From contig NZ_CP010048.1 of assembly GCF_000973505.1 (NCBI RefSeq), positions 180,001 to 212,000 of the forward strand: DNA of 32,000 nucleotides, written 5' to 3'. A model generated the notes under the pieces. That model did no database searches. It saw only the letters and a program-made list of their open reading frames with translations, and was not told the origin of the DNA. Shown here in pieces: positions 1 to 9,364 of this stretch (positions are counted from its first letter, which is position 1; the number at the start of each line of letters is the position of its first letter). Both the position numbers and the translations under genes were made by a program. Source of the DNA: Candidatus Saccharimonadota bacterium (lineage in GTDB: Bacteria > Pseudomonadota > Gammaproteobacteria > Enterobacterales > Enterobacteriaceae).

Positions 1-1
1 A

Positions 2-1588
2 GCTTCAATCACATTTCAAAATTATTTTCGATTATATGAAAAATTGTCAGGTATGACTGGTACTGCAGCTACTGAGTCATTTGAGTTTCGTGCTATTTAT
101 AAATTAGATACGATTGTAATACCTACTAATTGTCCCATGATTCGTAAAGATTTTCCAGATTTAGTGTATATGACGGAATGCGAAAAAATTGTTTCTATAA
201 TTAATGACATTAAATCTTGTGTGCGACGTAATCAACCAGTTTTAGTAGGAACTATTTCTATTGAAAAATCAGAAGTTATTTCTTGTTTTTTAAAACGTGA
301 ACATATTCCTCATAAGGTTTTAAATGCAAAATTTCATGCTGTAGAAGCTGATATTATTGCTCAGGCTGGTCGACCTGGTGCAGTGACTATTGCAACAAAT
401 ATGGCAGGGAGGGGTACAGATATTGTATTAGGTGGTAATTGGCGTGCAGAAATAGCTGCGTTGGGAAATAATATCAGTGATAATCAGATTACGAGTATTA
501 AATCATCTTGGAAAAAGCGAAATGATGCAGTGTTATCTGCTGGTGGTTTACATATTATTGGAACTGAAAGGCATGAATCTCGTCGAATTGATAATCAATT
601 ACGGGGAAGGTCTGGTCGACAAGGAGATGTTGGTTCATCTCGTTTTTATTTGTCGATGGAAGATTCGTTAATGCGTATTTTTGCATCTGAACGTGTTGTT
701 AGTATGATGCGTAAATTAGGTATGCAATCAGGTGATGCTATTGAACATCCTTGGGTTACTAAAACTATTGCCAATGCGCAAAGAAGGGTGGAAAACAGGA
801 ATTTTGATATTCGCAAGGAATTATTGGAATATGATGACGTTGCAAATGATCAACGGCGAGTTGTATATACACAGCGTAATATATTAGTAGATATGTTAGA
901 TGTTAGTGATGTGATTAAAAGTATGCGTGGTGATGTTGTAAAGAAGGTGTGTGATATTTATATTCCTATTTCTTTACCTAAGAGATCATGGGATATTTGT
1001 GGATTAGAAAAATGTTTACATGATGATTTTTCGGTAGATGTTTTAATAACGCAATGGTTACATGATGAACCGAGTTTATATAATAATGGTGTAGTGTTAC
1101 ATGAACGTGTTTTGTTGAAAATTATTGATCATTTTCTTTATCAGGAGTCTCTTTTTGGGGTTGAAGTGATGCGTTCGTTTGAAAAATCGATTATATTGCA
1201 AACTTTCGATTTATTATGGAAGGAACATTTGTCAGCTATGGAGTATTTGCGTCAAGGTATTCATTTACGAGGTTATGCTCAAAAGGATCCTAAGCAAGAA
1301 TATAAAAGGGAATCTTTTTTAATGTTTTCAAAGATGTTGGAAGATTTGAAATATGAAGTGGTTATTTCAATTAGTAAATTACATGTTCTTTATGCGGATA
1401 GGCTGAATTGTAGTGTAAATAAGGATTTTTCTTGGTATTATTCTAATATTTTCACGGATTTAAAAATAGGTCACATTAATAATGATCAAGTAAAAAATAA
1501 TATTTTATATAAGGTAAAAAAAAATGATTTATGTCCATGTCAATCCGGGAAAACATTCAGATTGTGTCATGGATATAATTTATATTGA
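2..1588 (+). CDS. secA: Preprotein translocase ATPase SecA, C-terminal ~528 aa (5' end lies upstream of the window)
   Basis: Frame 2 is open from nt 2 ([22 protein letters not shown]...), so the track's TTG start at 44 is a window-edge artefact. Strong similarity to E. coli SecA, e.g. [15 protein letters not shown] and [20 protein letters not shown]-terminal zinc finger [14 protein letters not shown] is present. TGA stop at 1586-1588. Confidence 0.97.
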   Translation, partial: ASITFQNYFRLYEKLSGMTGTAATESFEFRAIYKLDTIVIPTNCPMIRKDFPDLVYMTECEKIVSIINDIKSCVRRNQPVLVGTISIEKSEVISCFLKREHIPHKVLNAKFHAVEADIIAQAGRPGAVTIATNMAGRGTDIVLGGNWRAEIAALGNNISDNQITSIKSSWKKRNDAVLSAGGLHIIGTERHESRRIDNQLRGRSGRQGDVGSSRFYLSMEDSLMRIFASERVVSMMRKLGMQSGDAIEHPWVTKTIANAQRRVENRNFDIRKELLEYDDVANDQRRVVYTQRNILVDMLDVSDVIKSMRGDVVKKVCDIYIPISLPKRSWDICGLEKCLHDDFSVDVLITQWLHDEPSLYNNGVVLHERVLLKIIDHFLYQESLFGVEVMRSFEKSIILQTFDLLWKEHLSAMEYLRQGIHLRGYAQKDPKQEYKRESFLMFSKMLEDLKYEVVISISKLHVLYADRLNCSVNKDFSWYYSNIFTDLKIGHINNDQVKNNILYKVKKNDLCPCQSGKTFRLCHGYNLY

Positions 1589-1964
1589 CTATATGAATTA
1601 GGTATTTTTTATTTTGAGATATTATTATTACATAATAGATAGATGTTTGTTCGTGGTTATTTTTTAAAATATAATGTGTTTGTTAGTATAAGTTATATAT
1701 ATGTTTTTTAATATGAATGTTTGTGTATTGTGTTTTGTGTGTGTTTGGTTGTGTTTTTTGTATTATAACGAAATATTTTGAAATATGATTGTTAAAGATC
1801 ATTATATGATAATAGTAATATATTAGGATGATGTGAATTTGTTAATTAGTTTATTTATATAACAATATTGTTAATTATGTTCTAATTAATATGTTAAATG
1901 GTATTGTTATTCTAGTATTTTTTAGTTATTGTTGTGGTTGATAAGTAATGGAGAGATTGAAATT

Positions 1965-2423
1965 ATGAGACGGCATGTTACAAAAAAAAAGGTTGGATCA
2001 TTAAATATTTTATCAATTGCAGGAGTACGACCATATGAGTGTAAATCTAATGAACAGTATATGAACAGTGCTCAAATTGATCATTTTAAGAGAATTCTTG
2101 AAGCTTGGCGTGACCAGCTTCGAGTTGAGATCCAAGAGTCTCCTTTGTATATGCGTGATGAGGTTGAAAATTTCCCTGATCCTATTGATCGCGCTGTTCA
2201 AGAAGAGGAGTTCAATATTGAGTTAAGAAATCGAGATAGAGGATACAAATTAATTAAAAAAATTGAGAATACTATTAAAAAGTTAGAGAGAAGTAGTTTT
2301 GGTTTTTGTGAGTCTTGTGATGTGGAAATTGGTATTCGTCGACTAGAAGCGAGTCCTATTGCTGATCTATGTATCGATTGTAAAATATTGTCTGAAATGA
2401 GAGAGAAACAGATTATTGGATAA
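1965..2423 (+). CDS. dksA: RNA polymerase-binding transcription factor DksA (152 aa)
   Basis: Aligns along its full length with E. coli DksA ([30 protein letters not shown], coiled-coil tip [13 protein letters not shown], Zn finger CESC...CIDC). I prefer ATG 1965 (MRRHVTKKK...), preceded by GGAGAG about 10 nt upstream, over the track's upstream non-ATG start at 1929, because it matches the ortholog length (151 aa). Confidence 0.93.
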   Translation: MRRHVTKKKVGSLNILSIAGVRPYECKSNEQYMNSAQIDHFKRILEAWRDQLRVEIQESPLYMRDEVENFPDPIDRAVQEEEFNIELRNRDRGYKLIKKIENTIKKLERSSFGFCESCDVEIGIRRLEASPIADLCIDCKILSEMREKQIIG

Positions 2424-3026
2424 AATTATCGTGTTTATATGTAGTAGTATTTCATATATAGTTGATAATAAAGATATATTTATGGTATTTATTTGGTTTG
2501 ATTTGTTGAGGGTGTGATTAGTAGTATGATTTAATGTTATTTGTTAAGTTAAATTATTGTTTATTGAATGCAACGTATTTTTGTTGTGTATTTGTTATTT
2601 CGAAAGTATTAAATTTTTATTTTTTATTTTAAAAATCATGAAGTATTGTGTGATTTGTGTGTTTTATGTAACGATGATGTTATAATATATTATATATTAA
2701 TTGTTAGTATGATGATGGTTTTATTTTTTTGAAAAGTTTTTATTATGTAAATATATTTTATGATAGTGTTATAAAAATTAAATTTTTTAATTGTAAAATT
2801 TTTTGAAAAATGAGGTAAAGAATTTTTATAATTCTTAATTATGTTTTAGATGGTTTTTAAGTATATTGTGTCGAAGAATGTTTCAGTTATTAACTTATAA
2901 GTTAATAGTAAAATGTGGTATACATATGTGTTATAAAAGAATACTTGTTGTTGTTTGTAAGTGATTTTGTTGTATTAGTGATTACTAAAAATATAATTTT
3001 ATTAAATTAGGTATTTATATTGCATT

Positions 3027-3533
3027 ATGGAACGTGTTGTAATTGGTATTGGAAGCAATTTATTAGGTCCATTACAGCAAATCAAGAAGTCTTTGTGTAC
3101 AATGAAGAAAGATTATGCTAATGATATTAGATTGATAGCTTGTTCATCTTATTATCGAAGTCGTCCTTTAGGGGGGATGAAGCAGCCAGATTTTTTAAAT
3201 GTAGTAGTGATAATAGAGACTCGATTATCTCCAATTGGTTTATTAAATTGTTTGCAATTAATTGAAGCTCAACAAGGTCGAGTAAGAAGCGGTAATTTTC
3301 TTCGTTGGGGCCCTCGAACGTTAGATATTGATATTTTATTATTTGGTAATAGGATTGTAATTACTCCAAGGTTGATTATTCCGCATTATGATATGTTAAA
3401 TCGTGCATTTGTTTTGTGTCCATTATTAGAATTGTTGCCTGATTTTTGTTTTTTAAATGGAAGAATGTTATCTGAATATTTACATATTTTACGAACCGAT
3501 AATAATTATTTGAGACGTTTAGATATTTCATAA
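3027..3533 (+). CDS. folK: 2-amino-4-hydroxy-6-hydroxymethyldihydropteridine pyrophosphokinase (HPPK)
   Basis: Typical HPPK signatures: IGIGSNL N-terminus, SSYYRSRPLG, QPDFLNVVV, RWGPRTLDIDILLFG, IPHYDMLNRAFVLCPL. Length of 168 aa is close to E. coli FolK (159 aa). Confidence 0.9.
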   Translation: MERVVIGIGSNLLGPLQQIKKSLCTMKKDYANDIRLIACSSYYRSRPLGGMKQPDFLNVVVIIETRLSPIGLLNCLQLIEAQQGRVRSGNFLRWGPRTLDIDILLFGNRIVITPRLIIPHYDMLNRAFVLCPLLELLPDFCFLNGRMLSEYLHILRTDNNYLRRLDIS

Positions 3534-3545
3534 AACAATATATTA

Positions 3546-6113
3546 TTAAATGTATTCATTTAATTTCGAAAAATTTAAGAACGGTGCATTATGTATCGAT
3601 ATTATATTTTTTATTATTTGAAAATACTCTTTTTTATTTGGTATGCGTCCAAGTATTGCTGTTATTGTTGCTATTTCTGTTGAGGCCAGATAAACATTGG
3701 CTGATTTACCTAAACGATTAGGAAAGTTTCTTGTTGATGTAGAAATCACTGTCGCTCCATCTTTGACACGTAATTGATTACCCATACATAAAGAACAGCC
3801 TGGAATTTCTATTTTAGCACCGACTTTATTAAAAATATCATAATATCCTTCTTTAGTTAGTTGTAAAGCATCCATTTTTGTAGGTGGAGCAATCCATAGT
3901 CGACATGGTAATGGATTGAGTTGTTTGCTTAATAATTTTCCAAGTGTACGAAAATGTTCAATATTAGTCATACAAGAACCAATAAAAACCTCATCTACAT
4001 GATGCCCCGAAATTTCTGATAATGTACAAGTATTATCTGGATCGTTTGGCATACATAAAATCGGTTGATTAATAGTGGATAAATCAATATGTAGTGTTTC
4101 AATATATTTAGAGTTTTCATCAGCACATAGCAGATATGGTTTTTTTAGCCAATTAATCATACTGGCAATTCTTCGTTTTAAAGAATTCTTATTTTGATAT
4201 CCTGTATTTATCATCCAAGTTAATAAAGTAATATTAGATTTTAAATAATTAATTACTACTGTAGGATTAAGTTTTATAGTACAAGCGGATGCTGATCTTT
4301 CTGCTGAGGAATCTGTAAGTTCGAATGCTTGATCTATATTGAGATTTGGTAAACCTTCTATTTCTAGAATATGTCCGGAAAAAATGTTTTTTTTATTTTG
4401 TGTATTAGTGGTGAGTAGTCCATTTTTAGTAGCACAATGAGGAATAGCATGAACTAAATCTCTTAAGGTTATTCCTGGTTGTATGTTACCAGTAAATTTC
4501 ACTAATACTGATTCTGGAACATTAAGTGGCATAATTCCAGTGGTTGCAGCGAAAGCTACTAGAGAAGAGCCAGCTGGGAACGAAATTCCTATAGGGAATC
4601 TAGTATGAGAGTCGCCACCTGTCCCGACTGTGTCTGGTAATAACATATGATTTAACCAAGAATGGATAATTCCATCTCCAGGCTTCAAAGCTATTCCACC
4701 ACGTTCTATAATGAATTGTGGTAAAGTATTATGTAGTTCTATGTCAATAGTTTGTGGATAAGCGGCGGTATGACAGAATGATTGTAGAAATAGATCTGTG
4801 GAAAAATTCAAGCACCCAAGGCTTTTAAGTTCATCTCTGGTCATGGGTCCAGTTGTATCCTGAGAACCAATGGATGTGATTTTAGGTTCGCAATATTGTC
4901 CTGGATATACTCCAGGAATTCCACATGCTTGTCCTATTATTTTTTGTGCAAGTGTAAAATTTTGTGTTTTGTTTTTTAAAAATGAAAAATTTGATTTTTC
5001 GAAAATGTCATTTTTTTTTAAATTAACAAATTGTCGCGCTCGCTGTGTTAGATCACGTCCGATGATAAACATAATTCTGCCCCCGGCACGTACTTCATGT
5101 AGTAATGAGTTGTGTTTTAGTACAAATTTAGTTAATAATATATTATGTTCATGGTGCCAGATTTCTCCACGAAAAGGATATATATCTATAATATCTCCAT
5201 GTTTAATATTGGAAACATTTGTTTCAATTGGTAAAGTTCCGGAGTCTTCTAAAGTATTAAAAAATATTGGAGCAATTTTGTTTGCTATTAAAATACCTCC
5301 AGATTTTTTATTAGGTATATAAGGAATATCATTCCCTATAAACCATATTAGTGAATTAGCGGCAGATTTTCTTGAAGAACCTGTTCCTACAATATCTCCG
5401 ACATATATTAATGGAAATCCTTTTTTTTTGAGTTCTTGAATTTGTTTTATTGGGCCGATATAACCTGGTTTATCAGGTATGATACCTTTTCGTGGATATT
5501 TTAACATTGTTAATGCATGTAATGGAATGTCTGGTCGTGACCATGCATCGTTTGCTGGTGATAAGTCATCTGTATTTGTTTCTCCAGGTACTTTAAAAAC
5601 TGTGCCGGTGATTTTTTCTTTTATGTTTGGTTGTGAAAAGAACCATTCTGCGTGTGCCCATGATTTTAATGTTTTTATAGAATAAAAGTTATTATTATTA
5701 GCCCGCTGGGTGATGTTTTCAAAATTGTTAAATATTAGTAATAATTTTTTTAAAGTTTTAAAGGCAGTCGGTGCAAATTCATGATTGTCCAGTAGATGTA
5801 TTAATGGCGGGATGTTATATCCACCTTGCATGGTTCCTAGTAGTTCTATAGCTTTTTTTTTTGAAATAATTTTTGAATGTATTGTATTATAAATGATCGA
5901 TGTAAGAAAATTTGCTTTAATATATGACGTTTCATCAACGCCTGGTACTACTTTGTTACTTAGTAATTCTAATAAGTATTGTGTGTTGTTTGTGAGCGAT
6001 GGTGTATTTTCAAGTAGTTTGATTAGCTCTTTTATTTGCATAACATTCATTGGTTTGGGTACCAAACCTTGTTTTTCGCGTTCTTGAATGTGTTTTTGAT
6101 ATTCTTGCATCAT
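3546..6113 (-). CDS. acnB: Bifunctional aconitate hydratase 2 / 2-methylisocitrate dehydratase (AcnB), 855 aa
   Basis: N-terminus MMQEYQKHIQEREKQGLVPKP...LGTMQGGYNIPPLI parallels E. coli AcnB. The Fe-S ligand contexts GSCMTN and PGCSLCMGNQ are conserved. Length is close to the 865 aa E. coli protein. Confidence 0.97.
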   Translation of the reverse strand: MMQEYQKHIQEREKQGLVPKPMNVMQIKELIKLLENTPSLTNNTQYLLELLSNKVVPGVDETSYIKANFLTSIIYNTIHSKIISKKKAIELLGTMQGGYNIPPLIHLLDNHEFAPTAFKTLKKLLLIFNNFENITQRANNNNFYSIKTLKSWAHAEWFFSQPNIKEKITGTVFKVPGETNTDDLSPANDAWSRPDIPLHALTMLKYPRKGIIPDKPGYIGPIKQIQELKKKGFPLIYVGDIVGTGSSRKSAANSLIWFIGNDIPYIPNKKSGGILIANKIAPIFFNTLEDSGTLPIETNVSNIKHGDIIDIYPFRGEIWHHEHNILLTKFVLKHNSLLHEVRAGGRIMFIIGRDLTQRARQFVNLKKNDIFEKSNFSFLKNKTQNFTLAQKIIGQACGIPGVYPGQYCEPKITSIGSQDTTGPMTRDELKSLGCLNFSTDLFLQSFCHTAAYPQTIDIELHNTLPQFIIERGGIALKPGDGIIHSWLNHMLLPDTVGTGGDSHTRFPIGISFPAGSSLVAFAATTGIMPLNVPESVLVKFTGNIQPGITLRDLVHAIPHCATKNGLLTTNTQNKKNIFSGHILEIEGLPNLNIDQAFELTDSSAERSASACTIKLNPTVVINYLKSNITLLTWMINTGYQNKNSLKRRIASMINWLKKPYLLCADENSKYIETLHIDLSTINQPILCMPNDPDNTCTLSEISGHHVDEVFIGSCMTNIEHFRTLGKLLSKQLNPLPCRLWIAPPTKMDALQLTKEGYYDIFNKVGAKIEIPGCSLCMGNQLRVKDGATVISTSTRNFPNRLGKSANVYLASTEIATITAILGRIPNKKEYFQIIKNIISIHNAPFLNFSKLNEYI

Positions 6114-6149
6114 AGAGATATACTTTATGTTATTTAACGTATTATTTTT

Positions 6150-6179
6150 AGTATATAATATTTACAATATTTTTGACAA
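6150..6179 (-). promoter_or_regulatory. Candidate sigma70 promoter for acnB
   Basis: On the minus strand: TTGTCA (6179-6174), an 18-nt spacer, and TATACT (6155-6150), about 30-35 nt upstream of the ATG at 6113. The -35 is one arm of the inverted repeat TGACAA-AATA-TTGTCA (6175-6190). Motif match only. Confidence 0.2.
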
Positions 6180-6388
6180 AATATTGTCATATATTTTTGA
6201 TGATATAATGATATTATGTGAACCATGGTAAAATTGTTTATTATGATATGAAGAATATATTTTATGATATTCCATAAATAACTTGAATTTGATAGGTATT
6301 TTTATACCTTGGTATATTATTTTTGTATCATTTTTTGTTGTTTGTGAATAGATTATTATCTAATGTTTTAAATCAGATATTGGTTATT

Positions 6389-7831
6389 TTATTTTGTGTA
6401 TAAATTTTTATTAATTTTGGATTTTATATTTGGTATGTCAGTAATTGAACCTTCGTATACGGCAGCTGATAATCCTATTGTTTCATGCAGACTTGGATGA
6501 GCGTGTATTGTTAATGAAATATCTTCTGCGTCACATCCCATTTCAATAGCTAATCCAATTTCTCCTAATAGTTCGCTGGCATGTTTTCCCAAGACGATTC
6601 CTCCAATAATTCTATGTGTTTTTTTGTTAAAAAGTAATTTGGTAATTCCTTCTTGCGCATTGGAAGTAATTGCTCGTCCCGATGCTAACCATGGGAAATT
6701 AGCAACCTCGTAATTCATATTGTGTATTTTAGCCGTTTTTTCTGTGAATCCAATCCATGCAACTTCTGGATTAGTATAAATAACGGATGGGATGACCTTT
6801 GGGTCAAAATAACTTTTCATTCCTGCAATTACTTCTGCTGCTATGTGACCTTCGTGGATACTTTTATGTGCTAACATAGGTGTTCCAATGACGTCACCGA
6901 TTGCGAAAATGTTTGAAATATTAGTACGCATTTGATTATCAACTTTAATGAACCCAGATTGGTTGATGTTGATATTTATGTTATTTAAGTTTAATAATTC
7001 ACTATTAGGTTTTCGTCCAACAGCTACTATTATAGTATCGTAATGAGTTTTGTTTTTTACGCATTGTCCATTTTCTGTGTTTACGTAAATACCGTCTGTT
7101 TTAGGTGTTATTTTAGTAACTTGTGTTCCTAAAAATAGATTAAATTGTTTTTGAGTATATTTAATAAATAGTCTTGTGATATCCTCATCTACATCAGGTA
7201 TTGGTTGATTAAGTAATTCTATAACATCAACTTGTGATCCTAATGAATTATATATTGTAGCCATTTCTAAACCGATAGCTCCAGAGCCGATAATGAGTAG
7301 ATTTTTAGGAATATATTTTAGTTCTAACGCATCTGTTGAGTCCCATATTCGTTGATCGTTGTATGGTATGAATGGAAGTTTATTAGGGTGTGAGCCAGTT
7401 GCAATGATGGCATGTTCAAAATTAATTATTGTATTGTTATTGTTGTTAGTGATATGAATGTTATTTTTGTCGATAAATCTTCCATGACCATTAACGATAT
7501 TTATATTTCTCATTTTGGCCATGCTATTCAGACTGTTGGTTAATTGGTTGACAATTCTTTCTTTCCATTTTCGTATCGCATGGATATCATAGATAGTTTT
7601 TTCTTTAAAAATGCCATTTTCGCTTAATTTGTTTGTGTTATCTATTATTTTAGCAATATCTAATAGTGTTTTAGATGGGATACAACCAACATTAAGACAG
7701 ACACCTCCTAATGTGGGGTAACGTTCTATTATTGTAGTATGAATCCCTAAATCGGCACAACGAAATGCCGCAGAATAGCCTCCTGGTCCTGCTCCGAGGA
7801 CGGCCACTTGAGTATTTTTGGTGTTTTGCAT
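6389..7831 (-). CDS. lpdA: Dihydrolipoyl dehydrogenase (E3 of the pyruvate and 2-oxoglutarate dehydrogenase complexes)
   Basis: VLGAGPGGYSAAFRCADLG (FAD fold), redox-active disulfide GGVCLNVGCIPSK, and C-terminal HAHPSLHE. Lies immediately downstream of aceF on the same strand, as in Enterobacterales. Confidence 0.97.
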   Translation of the reverse strand: MQNTKNTQVAVLGAGPGGYSAAFRCADLGIHTTIIERYPTLGGVCLNVGCIPSKTLLDIAKIIDNTNKLSENGIFKEKTIYDIHAIRKWKERIVNQLTNSLNSMAKMRNINIVNGHGRFIDKNNIHITNNNNNTIINFEHAIIATGSHPNKLPFIPYNDQRIWDSTDALELKYIPKNLLIIGSGAIGLEMATIYNSLGSQVDVIELLNQPIPDVDEDITRLFIKYTQKQFNLFLGTQVTKITPKTDGIYVNTENGQCVKNKTHYDTIIVAVGRKPNSELLNLNNINININQSGFIKVDNQMRTNISNIFAIGDVIGTPMLAHKSIHEGHIAAEVIAGMKSYFDPKVIPSVIYTNPEVAWIGFTEKTAKIHNMNYEVANFPWLASGRAITSNAQEGITKLLFNKKTHRIIGGIVLGKHASELLGEIGLAIEMGCDAEDISLTIHAHPSLHETIGLSAAVYEGSITDIPNIKSKINKNLYTK

Positions 7832-8052
7832 TATTGTTTTTCGCCGTTTATATGTTATTTAAGTATTTGAGATATTATTTTTTCGAACATAATATTTTGT
7901 AACGTTTTTAGTTGTTAGGTAAGTGATTTTTAAATGTTTTTTATTAATTATTGTTTAATATCTATGAATAAGAATTGTATATGTTTTTTATAAAATTGGA
8001 CAGGGATTTAAGAAGAAAATATTTTAAAATATAAAAGTGTTATTTGATAGTG

Positions 8053-9333
8053 TCACATGATTAAGTTGCGAATATCAGACAGTAATTTATTGATAATGTT
8101 CATGAATTGTGCTCCATCTACCCCATTGATTACTCGATGATCATAAGATAGTGAAAGTGGCAGCATGAGTCGTGGGGAAAATTTTTTACCATTCCAAATT
8201 GGTTTAATAGATGCCCTTGAAACACCTAATATTGCAACTTCTGGAACATTGACTATTGGTGTAAATGCAGTACCTCCTGTTTTTCCCAAACTAGATATAG
8301 TGAAACACCCTCCTTGCATATCAGATGCAACTAATTGATTATTATTAGAGGTTTTTTGTAAAATGTTAGAAAGTTCTTTTGTTAGTGTGATTATGTTTTT
8401 TTTATTTACATCTTTAATTACTGGTACGATGAGTCCATAGTGAGTGTTTACTGCAATGCCTATGTTTATATATTTTTTCAGAATTAGTGTGTGGTTGTTT
8501 TCTGATAGTGAACTATTAAATCGTGGAAGTTTTTTTAATGTTAGTGCTACTGCTTTCATAATGAATATTATTGGTGTAATTTTGAAATTTAGTTTTTCTT
8601 TTTCAGCTTCTTCATTTTTTTCTTTTCTAAACTTTTCAAGTTCTGTAATGTCAACTTCGTCAAATTGTGTTACATGAGGTAACATGATCCAATTTCTATG
8701 TAAGTTAGCCCCAGAAGTTTTTTGAATATGTTTAAGTTTTATTTTTTCGGTTGGGCCAAATTCATCAAAATTTATTCTTGGCCACGGTGCTATATTATTA
8801 AATGTTTTTGATTGTGTATGTTGATTGATTGTTTTTTTGTTAATATTTTGAATGTTATTTTTTATATAATTTTGGATATCTTCTCGCAGTATTCGTCCTT
8901 TTCGTCCAGTACCGTGTATGTGTTTTAAATTGATTCCAAATATACGTGCCATATGTCGAATTAGTGGTGTCGCATGTATATGATTTTTATTATCATGTAT
9001 TATAGTTTGATCGTGATGGTGTATTATAGTGGTATTATTTTGATTTATGGGAGTGTTGTTTTGATTGTTTTTTATGGGTATTGTTGTTTTTTTAGTAATT
9101 TCAGTATTTTCGATTAACATGATTAGTGAACCAGTATTTACTTTGTCGCCAATGTTAATCATAATTGATTTAACTATTCCTGAACTTGGTGAAGGGACTT
9201 CTATCGAAGTTTTATCTCCTTCTAGAATAGCAAGTGGTTGATCTGTGAGCACTGTATCTTCGATTTTGACCATAATATCTGTTACTTCTAATTTGTCGTT
9301 TCCAATATTTGGTATATAAACTTTGATAGTCAT
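8053..9333 (-). CDS. aceF: Dihydrolipoamide acetyltransferase (E2p) with a single lipoyl domain, 426 aa
   Basis: One lipoyl domain with the lipoyl-lysine context LEGDKTSIEVPS (K41). Subunit-binding domain ATPLIRHMARIFGINLKHIHGTGRKGRILREDI. Catalytic domain ends in SLSYDHRVINGVDGAQF. AAGGA Shine-Dalgarno about 7-11 nt upstream of the ATG. 31 bp downstream of aceE. Confidence 0.96.
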   Translation of the reverse strand: MTIKVYIPNIGNDKLEVTDIMVKIEDTVLTDQPLAILEGDKTSIEVPSPSSGIVKSIMINIGDKVNTGSLIMLIENTEITKKTTIPIKNNQNNTPINQNNTTIIHHHDQTIIHDNKNHIHATPLIRHMARIFGINLKHIHGTGRKGRILREDIQNYIKNNIQNINKKTINQHTQSKTFNNIAPWPRINFDEFGPTEKIKLKHIQKTSGANLHRNWIMLPHVTQFDEVDITELEKFRKEKNEEAEKEKLNFKITPIIFIMKAVALTLKKLPRFNSSLSENNHTLILKKYINIGIAVNTHYGLIVPVIKDVNKKNIITLTKELSNILQKTSNNNQLVASDMQGGCFTISSLGKTGGTAFTPIVNVPEVAILGVSRASIKPIWNGKKFSPRLMLPLSLSYDHRVINGVDGAQFMNIINKLLSDIRNLIM

Positions 9334-9364
9334 ACTGGTCCTTGTTATTTTTTTCGATATTTCG

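Noticed and set aside
1929-1964. 5' extensions proposed by the ORF track for dksA (1929), cysJ (20769) and secA (44)
   Set aside because: These are non-ATG starts chosen only as the longest ORF. Ortholog alignment supports ATG 1965 for dksA and ATG 20829 for cysJ. secA is simply truncated by the window edge, because its frame is open from nt 2.
4870-5322. 150-aa ORF on the + strand (the largest unexplained ORF in the track)
   Set aside because: It lies entirely inside acnB on the antisense strand. It has no SD, its composition is odd (Cys/Phe/Ser-rich), and I recognise no motif. acnB explains the region fully, so it is most likely a shadow ORF.
6175-6190. Inverted repeats sharing TGACA/TGTCA arms upstream of acnB (TGACAA-AATA-TTGTCA, 6175-6190) and upstream of aceE (TGTCA-N7-TGACA, 12153-12169), considered as a shared operator
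   Set aside because: The spacing and arm order differ between the two sites, the arms are only 5-6 bp, and the sequence overlaps generic -35-like TTGACA hexamers. It matches no binding consensus that I know (PdhR, CRP, FNR, ArcA). This is insufficient evidence for a regulon.
8113-8133. The AceF catalytic motif reads DHRVINGVDG rather than the usual DHRxxDG (Asp to Asn, codon AAT), a possible inactivating change
   Set aside because: The catalytic His and surrounding residues are intact. As I recall, Asn is the native residue at this position in active Azotobacter vinelandii E2p, so the change is compatible with function. It is a single G-to-A change consistent with AT pressure.
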